Assembly (NCBI GenBank): GCA_028692545.1
Contig: JAQUXC010000003.1
Location: 47,827-111,826, forward strand
Source: Patescibacteria group bacterium
Lineage (GTDB): Bacteria; Patescibacteriota; Patescibacteriia; UBA1558; S5-K13
Direction: 5' to 3'
DNA: 64,000 nt
The stretch's first letter is position 1. Every line of letters begins with the position of its first letter. Both the position numbers and the translations under genes were made by a program. Shown here piece by piece: positions 1 through 12,728 of this stretch. Under the pieces are notes generated by a model that did no database searches, was not told where the DNA came from, and saw only the letters and a program-made list of their open reading frames with translations.

Positions 1-1
1 T

Positions 2-1825
2 AAGGAAATAAATTTTGATACAAAAATAAAATCAAAAGATGAAATTAAATTAAAGGTAGATATAGAAAATAAAGAAGTATGCTGTAGATATATGGGGGTT
101 GTTGTAAAAGATATAGAAATACTTCCTTCCCCAGAATGGATTTCTAAATCACTTGAGAGAGTTGGGATAAGATCCATAAACAATATTGTAGATATTACAA
201 ATTTTATAATGCTAGAGCTTGGTCAGCCACTTCATGCATTTGATTTAGAAAATATTGAAGATGAAAAAATTATTGTAAGAAATGCAAAAGAAGGGGAAAA
301 ATTTGTTACACTAGACAATGAGACAAGAATTCTTACAAAAGAAGATTTGTTAATTTGTGATAGCAAAAAACCAATTGCTTTGGCAGGGGTAATGGGAGGA
401 CAAAATAGTCAAATTACAAATAATACAAAATCAATACTTATAGAATCTGCAAACTTTGATGCAAGTACTATTAGAAAAACTTCTTCAAGATTGGGACTTA
501 GAACAGATTCAAGTAGTAGATTTGAAAAATCATTAGATCCAAATTTGGCAAATGATGCAATCTGTAGATCAATAGAGCTTATAAAAAAATTAAGTCCAAA
601 AAGTTATATTGCAAGTCAATTGGTAGATGAAAATTTTTCAAAAGAAAAAAATATAATAATAAATTTAGATATAGAATTTGTAAACAAAAAAATAGGAGAA
701 GAGTTACCAAGAAAGACTATTATAGAAATTCTTACAAGATTGGGATTTTTTGTAAAAGATAAAAAAGAATTTTTAGAAGTTTTGGTTCCTAGTTATCGTG
801 CTGGGGGAGATGTTAGTATTGCTGAGGATTTAATTGAAGAAATATCTAGAATTTATGGATATGATAATATCAAACCACAATTACCAAGTGTTTTATTAGA
901 AGCTCCTTTTAGAGATAAATATATTTGGATAGAAAGAACTATAAAAGATATAGTTTCAGGAAATTTGGATTACAATGAGGTATATAATTATTCTATGATT
1001 TCAGAAGACGATATTTTTAAATTAAAAGATAAAAAAGATGATTATATAGAAATAGCAAACGCGGTTTCAAAAAATTTAAAATATTTGAGAAATAATCTTC
1101 TTGTAAATTTGTGTAAAAATATATATGAAAATTTGAAGAATTTTGATAATTTTAAAATTTTTGAAATAGGAAGAATTTTTGCAAAAAGTGACGGAAGATT
1201 TAAAGTATCTAAAGATTCTAAAGAATTTTTACCAAAGCAAGATAAAAATTTGGCAATGGCTATGGTTGGAAATTTATTTGAATTTTTTGAATTAAAAAAA
1301 GATGTGGAACTTTTACTTCATAGATTAAATGTTGAGTATTGTACAACTCCTTGTGATAATATATATTTTGACAAAGAAGTATCTTTGAAATATTTTGTAG
1401 ATGACATGGAAATTGGTTGTGTAGGAAAATTGGACAAAGAAATATTGAAAAATTTTGATATAGAAAAAGATGTTTTCTATGTAGAATTCAATACAACAAT
1501 TTTGGTAAAATCTTCACATGATATGAAAAAATATCAACCAATATCAAAATATCCAAAAATGATTCAAGATATTTCTATGTTGGTTTCATATAACTATAAG
1601 TGGCAAGATATTGAAAATAGGATAAATTCTATTTCTCCACTTATAGAAGATGTAGATTTATTTGATGTATATGATGGAGATAAAATAGAAAAAGGAAACA
1701 GATCATTGGCATGCCACATTACATTTCACGATTCTACAAGAACTCTAGTTAGTGAAGAAGTGGAAAAAATTATGAAAAATGTAAGAGAAATGCTTGTAAA
1801 AGATTTTAAAGTAAAAATAAGATAA
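2..1825 (+). CDS. pheT: phenylalanine--tRNA ligase beta subunit, N-terminal part missing at window edge
   Basis: Frame is open to the window start. Motif RSINNIVDITNFIMLELGQPLHAFD (B3/B4 region), B5 and C-terminal FDX-ACB-like domain. 577 aa are visible of a normally ~800 aa protein. Confidence 0.85.
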   Translation, partial: KEINFDTKIKSKDEIKLKVDIENKEVCCRYMGVVVKDIEILPSPEWISKSLERVGIRSINNIVDITNFIMLELGQPLHAFDLENIEDEKIIVRNAKEGEKFVTLDNETRILTKEDLLICDSKKPIALAGVMGGQNSQITNNTKSILIESANFDASTIRKTSSRLGLRTDSSSRFEKSLDPNLANDAICRSIELIKKLSPKSYIASQLVDENFSKEKNIIINLDIEFVNKKIGEELPRKTIIEILTRLGFFVKDKKEFLEVLVPSYRAGGDVSIAEDLIEEISRIYGYDNIKPQLPSVLLEAPFRDKYIWIERTIKDIVSGNLDYNEVYNYSMISEDDIFKLKDKKDDYIEIANAVSKNLKYLRNNLLVNLCKNIYENLKNFDNFKIFEIGRIFAKSDGRFKVSKDSKEFLPKQDKNLAMAMVGNLFEFFELKKDVELLLHRLNVEYCTTPCDNIYFDKEVSLKYFVDDMEIGCVGKLDKEILKNFDIEKDVFYVEFNTTILVKSSHDMKKYQPISKYPKMIQDISMLVSYNYKWQDIENRINSISPLIEDVDLFDVYDGDKIEKGNRSLACHITFHDSTRTLVSEEVEKIMKNVREMLVKDFKVKIR

Positions 1826-1891
1826 ATAAGCTATCAGCTATCAGTTTTTAGGATCTGACAGCTAAAAGTTAAATAGCTAACAGTTAACTAT

Positions 1892-2275
1892 ATGTATGAA
1901 ATAAAAAAAATAGTTCCATTTTCATTTGCAAAATATGTCGCACTTATATTTTTGATGTTGGGATTTTTTTCTTATCTTTTTAGTTTTTTGTATGATTTTG
2001 TAAATTCACCAGAAGATTTTAAAACAAATTTTACAGCAGATTTTGCTAGAAATTTATCTATTTCTTTTGTAGTAGATCTATTGTCTATATATATACTTTC
2101 TTTTGTAATAACCTATTTGTTTATAGTTGTTTACAATTATATTGTAAGAAAAACGAAGATGAGAGGAATAGTCTTGGAATTTGATTTGGTGGATGATTCT
2201 ATTTTAGAAAAAAAAGATGATTTAGAAAAGGAGAATCAAGAAAATATTAAAAAAGATGATAAATTTGTAGTATAA
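1892..2275 (+). CDS. hypothetical small membrane protein (two predicted TM helices, acidic C-terminus)
   Basis: 127-aa ORF with hydrophobic stretches; no recognisable family. Confidence 0.35.
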   Translation: MYEIKKIVPFSFAKYVALIFLMLGFFSYLFSFLYDFVNSPEDFKTNFTADFARNLSISFVVDLLSIYILSFVITYLFIVVYNYIVRKTKMRGIVLEFDLVDDSILEKKDDLEKENQENIKKDDKFVV

Positions 2276-2294
2276 AATACTATAAATTCAAAAC

Positions 2295-2326
2295 AAAAAA
2301 CCACTTGTGTTTTAAGTAGTTTTTTG
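2295..2326 (+). terminator. weak rho-independent terminator (AT-rich stem plus T-run)
   Basis: aaaaaaccactt-gtgtttt-aagtagtttttt lies downstream of the 1892..2275 ORF. Confidence 0.35.
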
Positions 2327-2376
2327 TTAAAATAAGGGTAGAATCTGAAAGATTTTGTTTTTTATTTATCTCATAA

Positions 2377-4458
<2,082 letters not shown>

Positions 4459-4469
4459 TTAGCAAGATT

Positions 4470-4787
4470 ATGGGAAACCCATTTTTATTGCAAGCTTGTT
4501 TGAAATTGGACAAAAGTGAAATGCCAAATTCTTTTGAAATTGGCAAAGAATATAGTTTTGCCAAAAAAGGACATAGAATTTATCAAATAAAAGTTCCTAT
4601 GGATCTACGAGATAATTTTTGGAATGCGTATGGAAGGTGTGTAATAACAAAATACACATTAGGAAATGATGAAACAATAGGAACTTATGTAATAGTAAAA
4701 ATATTTGATAGTGAACAAGCAAAACATGTTACAAATACTTATGTATCAGATGAAGAAGTTTGTAATATTTTAAAAAATACAAAATAA
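4470..4787 (+). CDS. hypothetical protein
   Basis: 105-aa ORF tightly packed between gyrB and the next gene; no family recognised. Confidence 0.35.
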   Translation: MGNPFLLQACLKLDKSEMPNSFEIGKEYSFAKKGHRIYQIKVPMDLRDNFWNAYGRCVITKYTLGNDETIGTYVIVKIFDSEQAKHVTNTYVSDEEVCNILKNTK

Positions 4788-4788
4788 A

Positions 4789-5331
4789 ATGTCAGTAAAT
4801 ATTACTTATTTTGTTCATGGGACAACAATAGATAATGAAAAAGATTTGGCTTCTGGTTGGTGTGACACTGATTTGTCGGAGTTAGGAGTAAAACAATCTA
4901 TAGAATTAAAAGAATGCATCAAAAACAAGAAATTTGATGTTGTTTTTTGTTCGGATTTAATTAGAGCAGTTCATAGTGCAGAGTTAACATTTAAAAATAT
5001 AGAAATAATAAAAGACAAAAGACTTAGAGAATGTAATTATGGATATTTTACTAGAAAAAAATCCAGTGAATTTAAAAATAGATTAAATAATTTTATAGAA
5101 AATCCGTTTCCAAATGGAGAAAGCTATTATGATGTAGAAAATAGAGTAAGAGAACTTGTAAAATATTTGAAAGATAATTATAATAACAAAAATATTGCAA
5201 TTGTATGTCACCAAGCGCCTCAATTAGCACTTGATGTAATTTTGAAAAATATGACTTGGCTTGAGGCAATTGATAATGACTGGAGAATTACTCATTCTTG
5301 GCAACCTGGCTGGGAATATGTGATTGAGTAA
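4789..5331 (+). CDS. histidine phosphatase family protein (phosphoglycerate mutase-like)
   Basis: N-terminal catalytic motif YFVHGTT (RHG-type); 180 aa; size typical of the broad-specificity phosphatase family. Confidence 0.65.
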   Translation: MSVNITYFVHGTTIDNEKDLASGWCDTDLSELGVKQSIELKECIKNKKFDVVFCSDLIRAVHSAELTFKNIEIIKDKRLRECNYGYFTRKKSSEFKNRLNNFIENPFPNGESYYDVENRVRELVKYLKDNYNNKNIAIVCHQAPQLALDVILKNMTWLEAIDNDWRITHSWQPGWEYVIE

Positions 5332-5350
5332 TATAATAATATAAAAGATA

Positions 5351-5379
5351 AGACCGGGGGTTTATTCCCGGTCTTTTTG
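5351..5379. terminator. bidirectional rho-independent terminator between convergent genes
   Basis: agaccggg-ggtttatt-cccggtct followed by tttttg; GC-rich stem in an AT-rich context. Confidence 0.75.
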
Positions 5380-5402
5380 TATTTTTTACTTCTTTTTTGT
5401 AT

Positions 5403-6887
5403 TTACATTATTTGTTCTAAGATTGCTTCTGCCCAGTCAGCAACTTCATTAGCTTTTTCTGGGGCCAATCCTATATACATACTAGGATTAGATAATAAAG
5501 ATTTTATCTCATCTGGTATATTAGTCGTTGCTTCTGCAACTTTTTCATCTCCTTGGGAATATGTAGTTAGCGCTTCCATTAGACTTATTTTGTTTTGAGA
5601 TGCTATTTTCATTAGTATTTTATTGACGAGCCTATGAGCATCTCCTGTATAACCGGCCATTTGAAGGGCTATATATATAGGCTCACCAAGTACAGTGTCA
5701 GCACTCATTTGAAGATTCTTCAGACAATAATCTTCATTGATAAAGATTCGTTTGAGGAAGGAATCTTTTTTTGTTTCTTCATCAAGTCTGTTGAGTGTAT
5801 TGAGTTGAACTTGAAGATTGACAGGTATGGTTGGCAAGGATCTCAGAAGAGAACTACCAGTTAGATCTCTTTGGTGCTCAGATATAATGGTGTCAAATAC
5901 ATTACCGTATATATTCTTTGACATAAGATACATACCTTCCATGTTTTCAAAGCTGATGGGATTTCTTTTGTTTGCCATGGTAGAGGAGCCATCTTGGTCT
6001 TTGGAAAATGGTTCAGTTATCTCTGATATTTCCGTTCTCATAAGGTGACGGCAGTCTCTTCCAAGTTGAGCTATAGAGCCACTTGTGAGAACTATGTCAT
6101 GAAGAAATCTTGCAGACGGTTCAGGTGGGAGTATTTGTGTACTTATGAGAGATGGTTTCATTCCGAGGTATTTAAGAACACAAATTTCAAAGTTTGTGGT
6201 CTTATTAAATCCTAAGTGTTCTTGGGCGTTGTACGTCCCAACTGCACCAGATATTTTTCCGCACAATTGTCGGAAGTGTCTGTCCATTTCAACTAAATTG
6301 GATACAATTCTAAAAAGAATTGTTGCAAACCAGAAACCAACAGTAATTGGGAGTGCGTGTTGGCCATGAGTTCTTCCAATTTGTTTAATGTCAGAATACT
6401 TTCTGACCATAGATATGAGATCTCTCACTGTAGAGCGAATAGATGGGTTTAGCACATTATAATATGCCAAACGATATATATAAGCTCTTCCAGTGTCTAA
6501 TGCGTCATAACTTGTCAGTGGTACGTGAATCCATTTGCCAATTTCAGGTCCAACTATTTCCTGTATAATTTGAACCAATGCTCTGATATCATGTTTTGTT
6601 TTCTCTCTCTCCAAGGTTTCTATTTGAGTTCCAGTGATACTTAGCATTTTGTGAATTTTGTCGTTCGTTAGTAATTTAGCTTCTGATTCCGGGATAATTT
6701 TAGTTTCTATCAGTGCTAATAAATTTGCTACCTCAACCAGTATTGCACCAGTGTAGGTAACGTCATGACCAAAATATGGTTTCAGTTGAGTTGGTTGATA
6801 TCTTGGAATGCCAGGCATCATAAGATTACTCATGGATTTTAAGATATCTTCATTAGGCCAAACTATTGGTATATTTTTTGGTATCAT
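5403..6887 (-). CDS. purB: class II fumarate/aspartate lyase family enzyme, most like adenylosuccinate lyase
   Basis: Family signature GSSTMANKRNPISFENMEG (the GSSxMxxKxNP loop); 494 aa. Assignment to PurB within the family rests on the NPI.FEN variant and is not certain. Confidence 0.6.
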   Translation of the reverse strand: MIPKNIPIVWPNEDILKSMSNLMMPGIPRYQPTQLKPYFGHDVTYTGAILVEVANLLALIETKIIPESEAKLLTNDKIHKMLSITGTQIETLEREKTKHDIRALVQIIQEIVGPEIGKWIHVPLTSYDALDTGRAYIYRLAYYNVLNPSIRSTVRDLISMVRKYSDIKQIGRTHGQHALPITVGFWFATILFRIVSNLVEMDRHFRQLCGKISGAVGTYNAQEHLGFNKTTNFEICVLKYLGMKPSLISTQILPPEPSARFLHDIVLTSGSIAQLGRDCRHLMRTEISEITEPFSKDQDGSSTMANKRNPISFENMEGMYLMSKNIYGNVFDTIISEHQRDLTGSSLLRSLPTIPVNLQVQLNTLNRLDEETKKDSFLKRIFINEDYCLKNLQMSADTVLGEPIYIALQMAGYTGDAHRLVNKILMKIASQNKISLMEALTTYSQGDEKVAEATTNIPDEIKSLLSNPSMYIGLAPEKANEVADWAEAILEQIM

Positions 6888-6993
6888 GGTATTACTCCTT
6901 TATTTAATTTTTAAATATCTGCCTAAAAATTATCATATTTACAGCTCAAAGTAAAGTTGTACCCAGCGGGTGACCCACCGGGTGATTTGAATA

Positions 6994-7022
6994 TTGACAC
7001 TATGTTTTTTTCGAGATATTAT
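6994..7022 (+). promoter_or_regulatory. sigma70-like promoter (TTGACA-17-TATTAT) for groES-groEL
   Basis: ttgaca at 6994-6999 and tattat at 7017-7022, immediately upstream of CIRCE. Confidence 0.45.
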
Positions 7023-7031
7023 AATAAGTAC

Positions 7032-7058
7032 TTAGCACTCCAATATTATAAGTGCTAA
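7032..7058 (+). promoter_or_regulatory. CIRCE inverted repeat (HrcA operator) upstream of groES
   Basis: TTAGCACTC-caatattat-AAGTGCTAA matches the CIRCE consensus TTAGCACTC-N9-GAGTGCTAA with one mismatch; lies ~35 bp upstream of the groES ATG. Confidence 0.8.
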
Positions 7059-7090
7059 AAATAAATATCTAATAATTAATAAATAAAGCT

Positions 7091-7381
7091 ATGAAATTAA
7101 AGCCAATATTTGACAATATTGTTGTCAAAAAAATTGAAGAAACAGAAACAACAAAGTCTGGCATAATAATGCCTGATACAATTGATAAAGAAAAGCCACA
7201 AAAAGGTGAAGTTGTTGCAGTTGGATCTGGTAAGATTTCTTTGGAAGGAAAAACAATTCCAATGGAACTAAAAATTGGAGATAGGGTATTATTTAGAAAA
7301 TATTCTCCAGATGAAATAAAAATTGATGGAGAGGAATATCTTGTAATGACTCAAAGTGATGTAATCGCAATTTTGGAATAA
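7091..7381 (+). CDS. groES: co-chaperonin GroES
   Basis: 96 aa; MKLKPIFDNIVVKK...GEVVAVGSG...GDRVLFRKY typical Cpn10. Confidence 0.95.
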   Translation: MKLKPIFDNIVVKKIEETETTKSGIIMPDTIDKEKPQKGEVVAVGSGKISLEGKTIPMELKIGDRVLFRKYSPDEIKIDGEEYLVMTQSDVIAILE

Positions 7382-7395
7382 TTCACAACTATTAA

Positions 7396-9090
<1,695 letters not shown>

Positions 9091-9115
9091 AAAGCTAAAA
9101 ATATATTTTTACAAA

Positions 9116-9150
9116 AACTCCCAAGTTATACGACCTGGGAGTTTTGTTTT
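9116..9150 (+). terminator. rho-independent terminator after groEL
   Basis: aactccca-agttatacgacc-tgggagtt then ttgtttt. Confidence 0.6.
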
Positions 9151-9208
9151 ATTGTAAATTTATCTTATAATATATATAAGAGTTTTAAAAAACTGCAATT
9201 TTATTTTT

Positions 9209-10009
9209 ATGAATTTTATTGATGAAAATGAAAAGAGTATGAGTAATCTTTTGGATATAGAAAATTCAATTTCTAATGATAATTTTAGTGTTGGCAAAGA
9301 ATATAAAAATCAAATTAATGAAGATAAAGAATCTCTTCTTTTGAAAATGAAAGCACTCTCTAAAACCATGAAAGATTATGAAATAAAAAAGAAAAACAAA
9401 AATATAAGTTTACTTCTTAGTAATATGATAAATGTTGAAACAGGGGAGGATAATTCTATTTTATATGGTATAGAAAATCATGACGAGTTATTTAATAATG
9501 AAGATGGAATTACGAAAGAAGAATTAAAACAAAGAATTTCTCAATTTTCTCCAAGAGTAGAAAATAAAAAAGATATTATTTTAAAAAATGAAAAAACTGA
9601 TCAAAATAGCACATTGAATTGGTATATCAAAATTTCTTGGTTACCAGTTTTTTTTATTAGTTTATTTAATTTTTTATTATTACTTATAGATCATTATGTA
9701 GTTTTGGGAAACAAATTTGCTACGAATTTTGTTTCTTTGTATTTATGGAAAATGCCTTTTGAAATTTTTGTTTTTTTATTATTAAGTGTTTATATATCTA
9801 GAAAAATCAAACAGACTCCTGTGGTTTCAGGGCTTGCTTGTGCCTTTGTTGGGTTTGAATCAGGGGTAATTATTGCTCTAATGCAACTTTTTTTCTATAG
9901 AGATATGTGGAATATATTCAATTTATCTCTTGAGGGAATATTTTTGGCAGTTAATGGTGCTGTGGTGGGTTTTATATTAGGCGCAATATTTTTTGAAGTT
10001 AAAAAATAA
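9209..10009 (+). CDS. hypothetical membrane protein
   Basis: 266 aa; polar N-terminal half, multi-TM C-terminal half; no family recognised. Confidence 0.4.
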   Translation: MNFIDENEKSMSNLLDIENSISNDNFSVGKEYKNQINEDKESLLLKMKALSKTMKDYEIKKKNKNISLLLSNMINVETGEDNSILYGIENHDELFNNEDGITKEELKQRISQFSPRVENKKDIILKNEKTDQNSTLNWYIKISWLPVFFISLFNFLLLLIDHYVVLGNKFATNFVSLYLWKMPFEIFVFLLLSVYISRKIKQTPVVSGLACAFVGFESGVIIALMQLFFYRDMWNIFNLSLEGIFLAVNGAVVGFILGAIFFEVKK

Positions 10010-10021
10010 TCCAAATAATTT

Positions 10022-10318
10022 ATGTTAAAAAATTTGTCAAAAGAAAAAATTGCAGCTATGAGTTATTTGTGGATACTTTGTTTTATACCATTTATTATAA
10101 GTAAAGATGAATTTGTAAGATTTCATGCAAAACAAGGTTTTGTTTTGTTTGTTATAGAGGTTTTACTTGTTTTTGTTGGATGGATACCTATTATAGGTCA
10201 GATTTTGATAGTTCTTATAATAATAACAGCAGTACTTGGATTTAGAAGTGCGATAGAGGGAAAAAAATGGGAAATTCCTTTTGTTTATGAATTATCAAAA
10301 AAAATTAATATAAAATAA
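10022..10318 (+). CDS. small integral membrane protein, DUF4870-like
   Basis: 98 aa; SYLWILCFIPFIISKDEFVRFHAKQG resembles the DUF4870 signature (..IPxxIxKDxFVRFHAxQ). Confidence 0.5.
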   Translation: MLKNLSKEKIAAMSYLWILCFIPFIISKDEFVRFHAKQGFVLFVIEVLLVFVGWIPIIGQILIVLIIITAVLGFRSAIEGKKWEIPFVYELSKKINIK

Positions 10319-10321
10319 TTT

Positions 10322-11752
10322 ATGAAAAGAACCAAAATTGTTGCAACAATAGGGCCTTCATCAAGTGATTATAAGGTTTTGCTTAAAATGGCAAAATCTG
10401 GTATGAACGTTTGTCGATTGAATTTTTCTCATGGATCTTATAAAAATCATTTGGAACTTATAAATAATATAAAAAAAGTTCGAAAAACATTGAATGAGCC
10501 AATAACTATAATGCAAGATTTACAAGGCCCAAAAATTAGAGTCTCTGATGTCTCTCGTGATGGTGTGAGAGTTATTAAGGATGAGCAAATAATACTTATA
10601 CATGATAAAATAGTAAATTATAAATTATTAGTAGGTTCTGATTATAAAATAATTCCAGTATCATTTCCAATTCATAGTGTAGTCAAAAAAAATAATAATA
10701 TTTTGGTTCATGATGGACTTATAAAATTACGTGTTATAAAGTTAGAAAAAGATTTGGTTTATTGCAAGGTTTTCAATTCAGGAATCATTTTTCCTCACAA
10801 AGGCATAAATATTCCAGGTGTAGATATTGTAGGAAGTGCTATTACAAAAAAAGATGTTGAAGATTTGAAATTTGGTTTGAATCATGATATAGATTGGGTC
10901 GCACTTTCCTTTGTAAAAGATCATAAAGATATATTAAAAATCAAAAAATTGATAAAAAAGTATAAGCCAGGAATGGATGTAAAGGTGATGGCAAAAATAG
11001 AAAAGCCAGAAGCGGTAAAAGATATAAAAAAAATTATAAATATTTCTGATGGAATAATGGTTGCAAGAGGTGATTTGGGGGTAGAGCTTAGCGTAGAAAA
11101 GGTTCCTATTGTTCAAAAAGATATAATCAGAAAATGTATTGAGGCTGGCAAGGTTGTTGTGGTAGCAACTCAAATGCTAGAGTCGATGGTTGAAAATAGT
11201 CAACCTACACGCGCAGAGGTGTCTGATGTTGCAAATGCAGTAATAGATCACGCAGATGCTCTTATGTTATCAGGGGAAACAGCCTACGGAAAATATCCAG
11301 TAGAATCAGTTTCTATAATGAGTGAAGTTATTACAAATACAGAAAATTCTCCATATGATGATGATTTGAAATTGATAGATTCAAATAAAACCAGTAATGT
11401 ATTAGCATTATCAGAATCTGTAAAAGATTTGGTTTTAAACTCAAAAGCAAAAGTTATAGTTGTAGCTACTAATTCTGGATTTTCTGCAAAGATGATTTCA
11501 AGATATAGACCTGAAACCCCTATTATAGCCCTTGTAAATAGTGACAAAGTAAAAAGGCAATTGAATATTTCTTGGGGAATAATTTCCTTTGATATGCCAA
11601 AATGTAAAGATATAAATGTTTTGATAAATAAATCAGTAAAATTAATAAAAGATAAAAAAATTGTGAAAAAAGGTGATCTAGCTGTTATTGTTACGGGTCA
11701 GCCAGTTGGATTAAAAGAAAATATGAATATTATAAAGTTACAAAATATTTAA
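10322..11752 (+). CDS. pyk: pyruvate kinase
   Basis: 476 aa; N-terminus MKRTKIVATIGPSSSDYKVLLKMAKSGMNVCRLNFSHGSY; barrel plus C-terminal domain. Confidence 0.92.
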   Translation: MKRTKIVATIGPSSSDYKVLLKMAKSGMNVCRLNFSHGSYKNHLELINNIKKVRKTLNEPITIMQDLQGPKIRVSDVSRDGVRVIKDEQIILIHDKIVNYKLLVGSDYKIIPVSFPIHSVVKKNNNILVHDGLIKLRVIKLEKDLVYCKVFNSGIIFPHKGINIPGVDIVGSAITKKDVEDLKFGLNHDIDWVALSFVKDHKDILKIKKLIKKYKPGMDVKVMAKIEKPEAVKDIKKIINISDGIMVARGDLGVELSVEKVPIVQKDIIRKCIEAGKVVVVATQMLESMVENSQPTRAEVSDVANAVIDHADALMLSGETAYGKYPVESVSIMSEVITNTENSPYDDDLKLIDSNKTSNVLALSESVKDLVLNSKAKVIVVATNSGFSAKMISRYRPETPIIALVNSDKVKRQLNISWGIISFDMPKCKDINVLINKSVKLIKDKKIVKKGDLAVIVTGQPVGLKENMNIIKLQNI

Positions 11753-11801
11753 AAAATCATTTTTAGAATTAGTATTTTAAAAATAAAAGATAAAAAATAT
11801 A

Positions 11802-12689
11802 ATGAAACAATTTAAAACAAGATTTTTAGTCATTATACTTCTTATTTATGCTTCTGGTATGAGTTTTTTTCTTGTCCATTCTATGAGCTATGAGTATTCT
11901 TTTTTTTCAGAAGATACAAAAAAAGAATCAAATTGGAAATTGGTTCCTATATATGATGTGTTTTTAGACATAGAACAAGATTACAATAAAGAAATATCTA
12001 TAGTAATTTCTACAAGAGATTTATATAAGTGTGGGGATATTTATTACAATACAGATATAAAAGATAATATTATTAATATAAGCCTTCAAAATATTATTTT
12101 AAAAAGAAAATGTAATAAATATTTAAATAACCCTTCTGTAATAGAAAAAATTCCTGCTATTATGTATGAAAAAGGAGAAAGTATTATATTAAAAATAAGT
12201 TCAAATCAAGGAACAAATTCTTATTTATTTTCTTTTGTAGATGGTTATTTGAATATATCTGATTCAATACAAAGTCAGGACGATAATGCAGATATTAACG
12301 TAAAAACAAATAGTTTTTCAAGATTTACAAAAAATAAATATGTGCTTATTACAGATGATATTGTTAGAATAAGAGGAGATTATTTTTCTAATAAAGGTAA
12401 AAAAATGTTTGAAGATTTAATGTCAAATATAAAAGGTGAGGCAGTGGACATAAATGAATCTGATGTTGCTATAAAAGATATGTTGGATAGTTCATTTGAT
12501 ACAGACGCATATATTGATATAAAATATTTTAAAATTCCAAATAATAATGAATATTTGAAAAAATTAATGATGGATAATAAAGAAAATGACTGTTATTTAG
12601 AAAAAATAGATCAATCAAAATGTTTATCTCTTGATATAAGGACTGCAAATGGATATAGATATTGTACATGGCTTGACGTAAAATATTAA
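11802..12689 (+). CDS. hypothetical secreted/membrane-anchored protein
   Basis: 295 aa; N-terminal hydrophobic segment; no family recognised. Confidence 0.4.
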   Translation: MKQFKTRFLVIILLIYASGMSFFLVHSMSYEYSFFSEDTKKESNWKLVPIYDVFLDIEQDYNKEISIVISTRDLYKCGDIYYNTDIKDNIINISLQNIILKRKCNKYLNNPSVIEKIPAIMYEKGESIILKISSNQGTNSYLFSFVDGYLNISDSIQSQDDNADINVKTNSFSRFTKNKYVLITDDIVRIRGDYFSNKGKKMFEDLMSNIKGEAVDINESDVAIKDMLDSSFDTDAYIDIKYFKIPNNNEYLKKLMMDNKENDCYLEKIDQSKCLSLDIRTANGYRYCTWLDVKY

Positions 12690-12728
12690 TTATTAAATAT
12701 ATCCAGATTAACTGGATAATAAAAAAAT

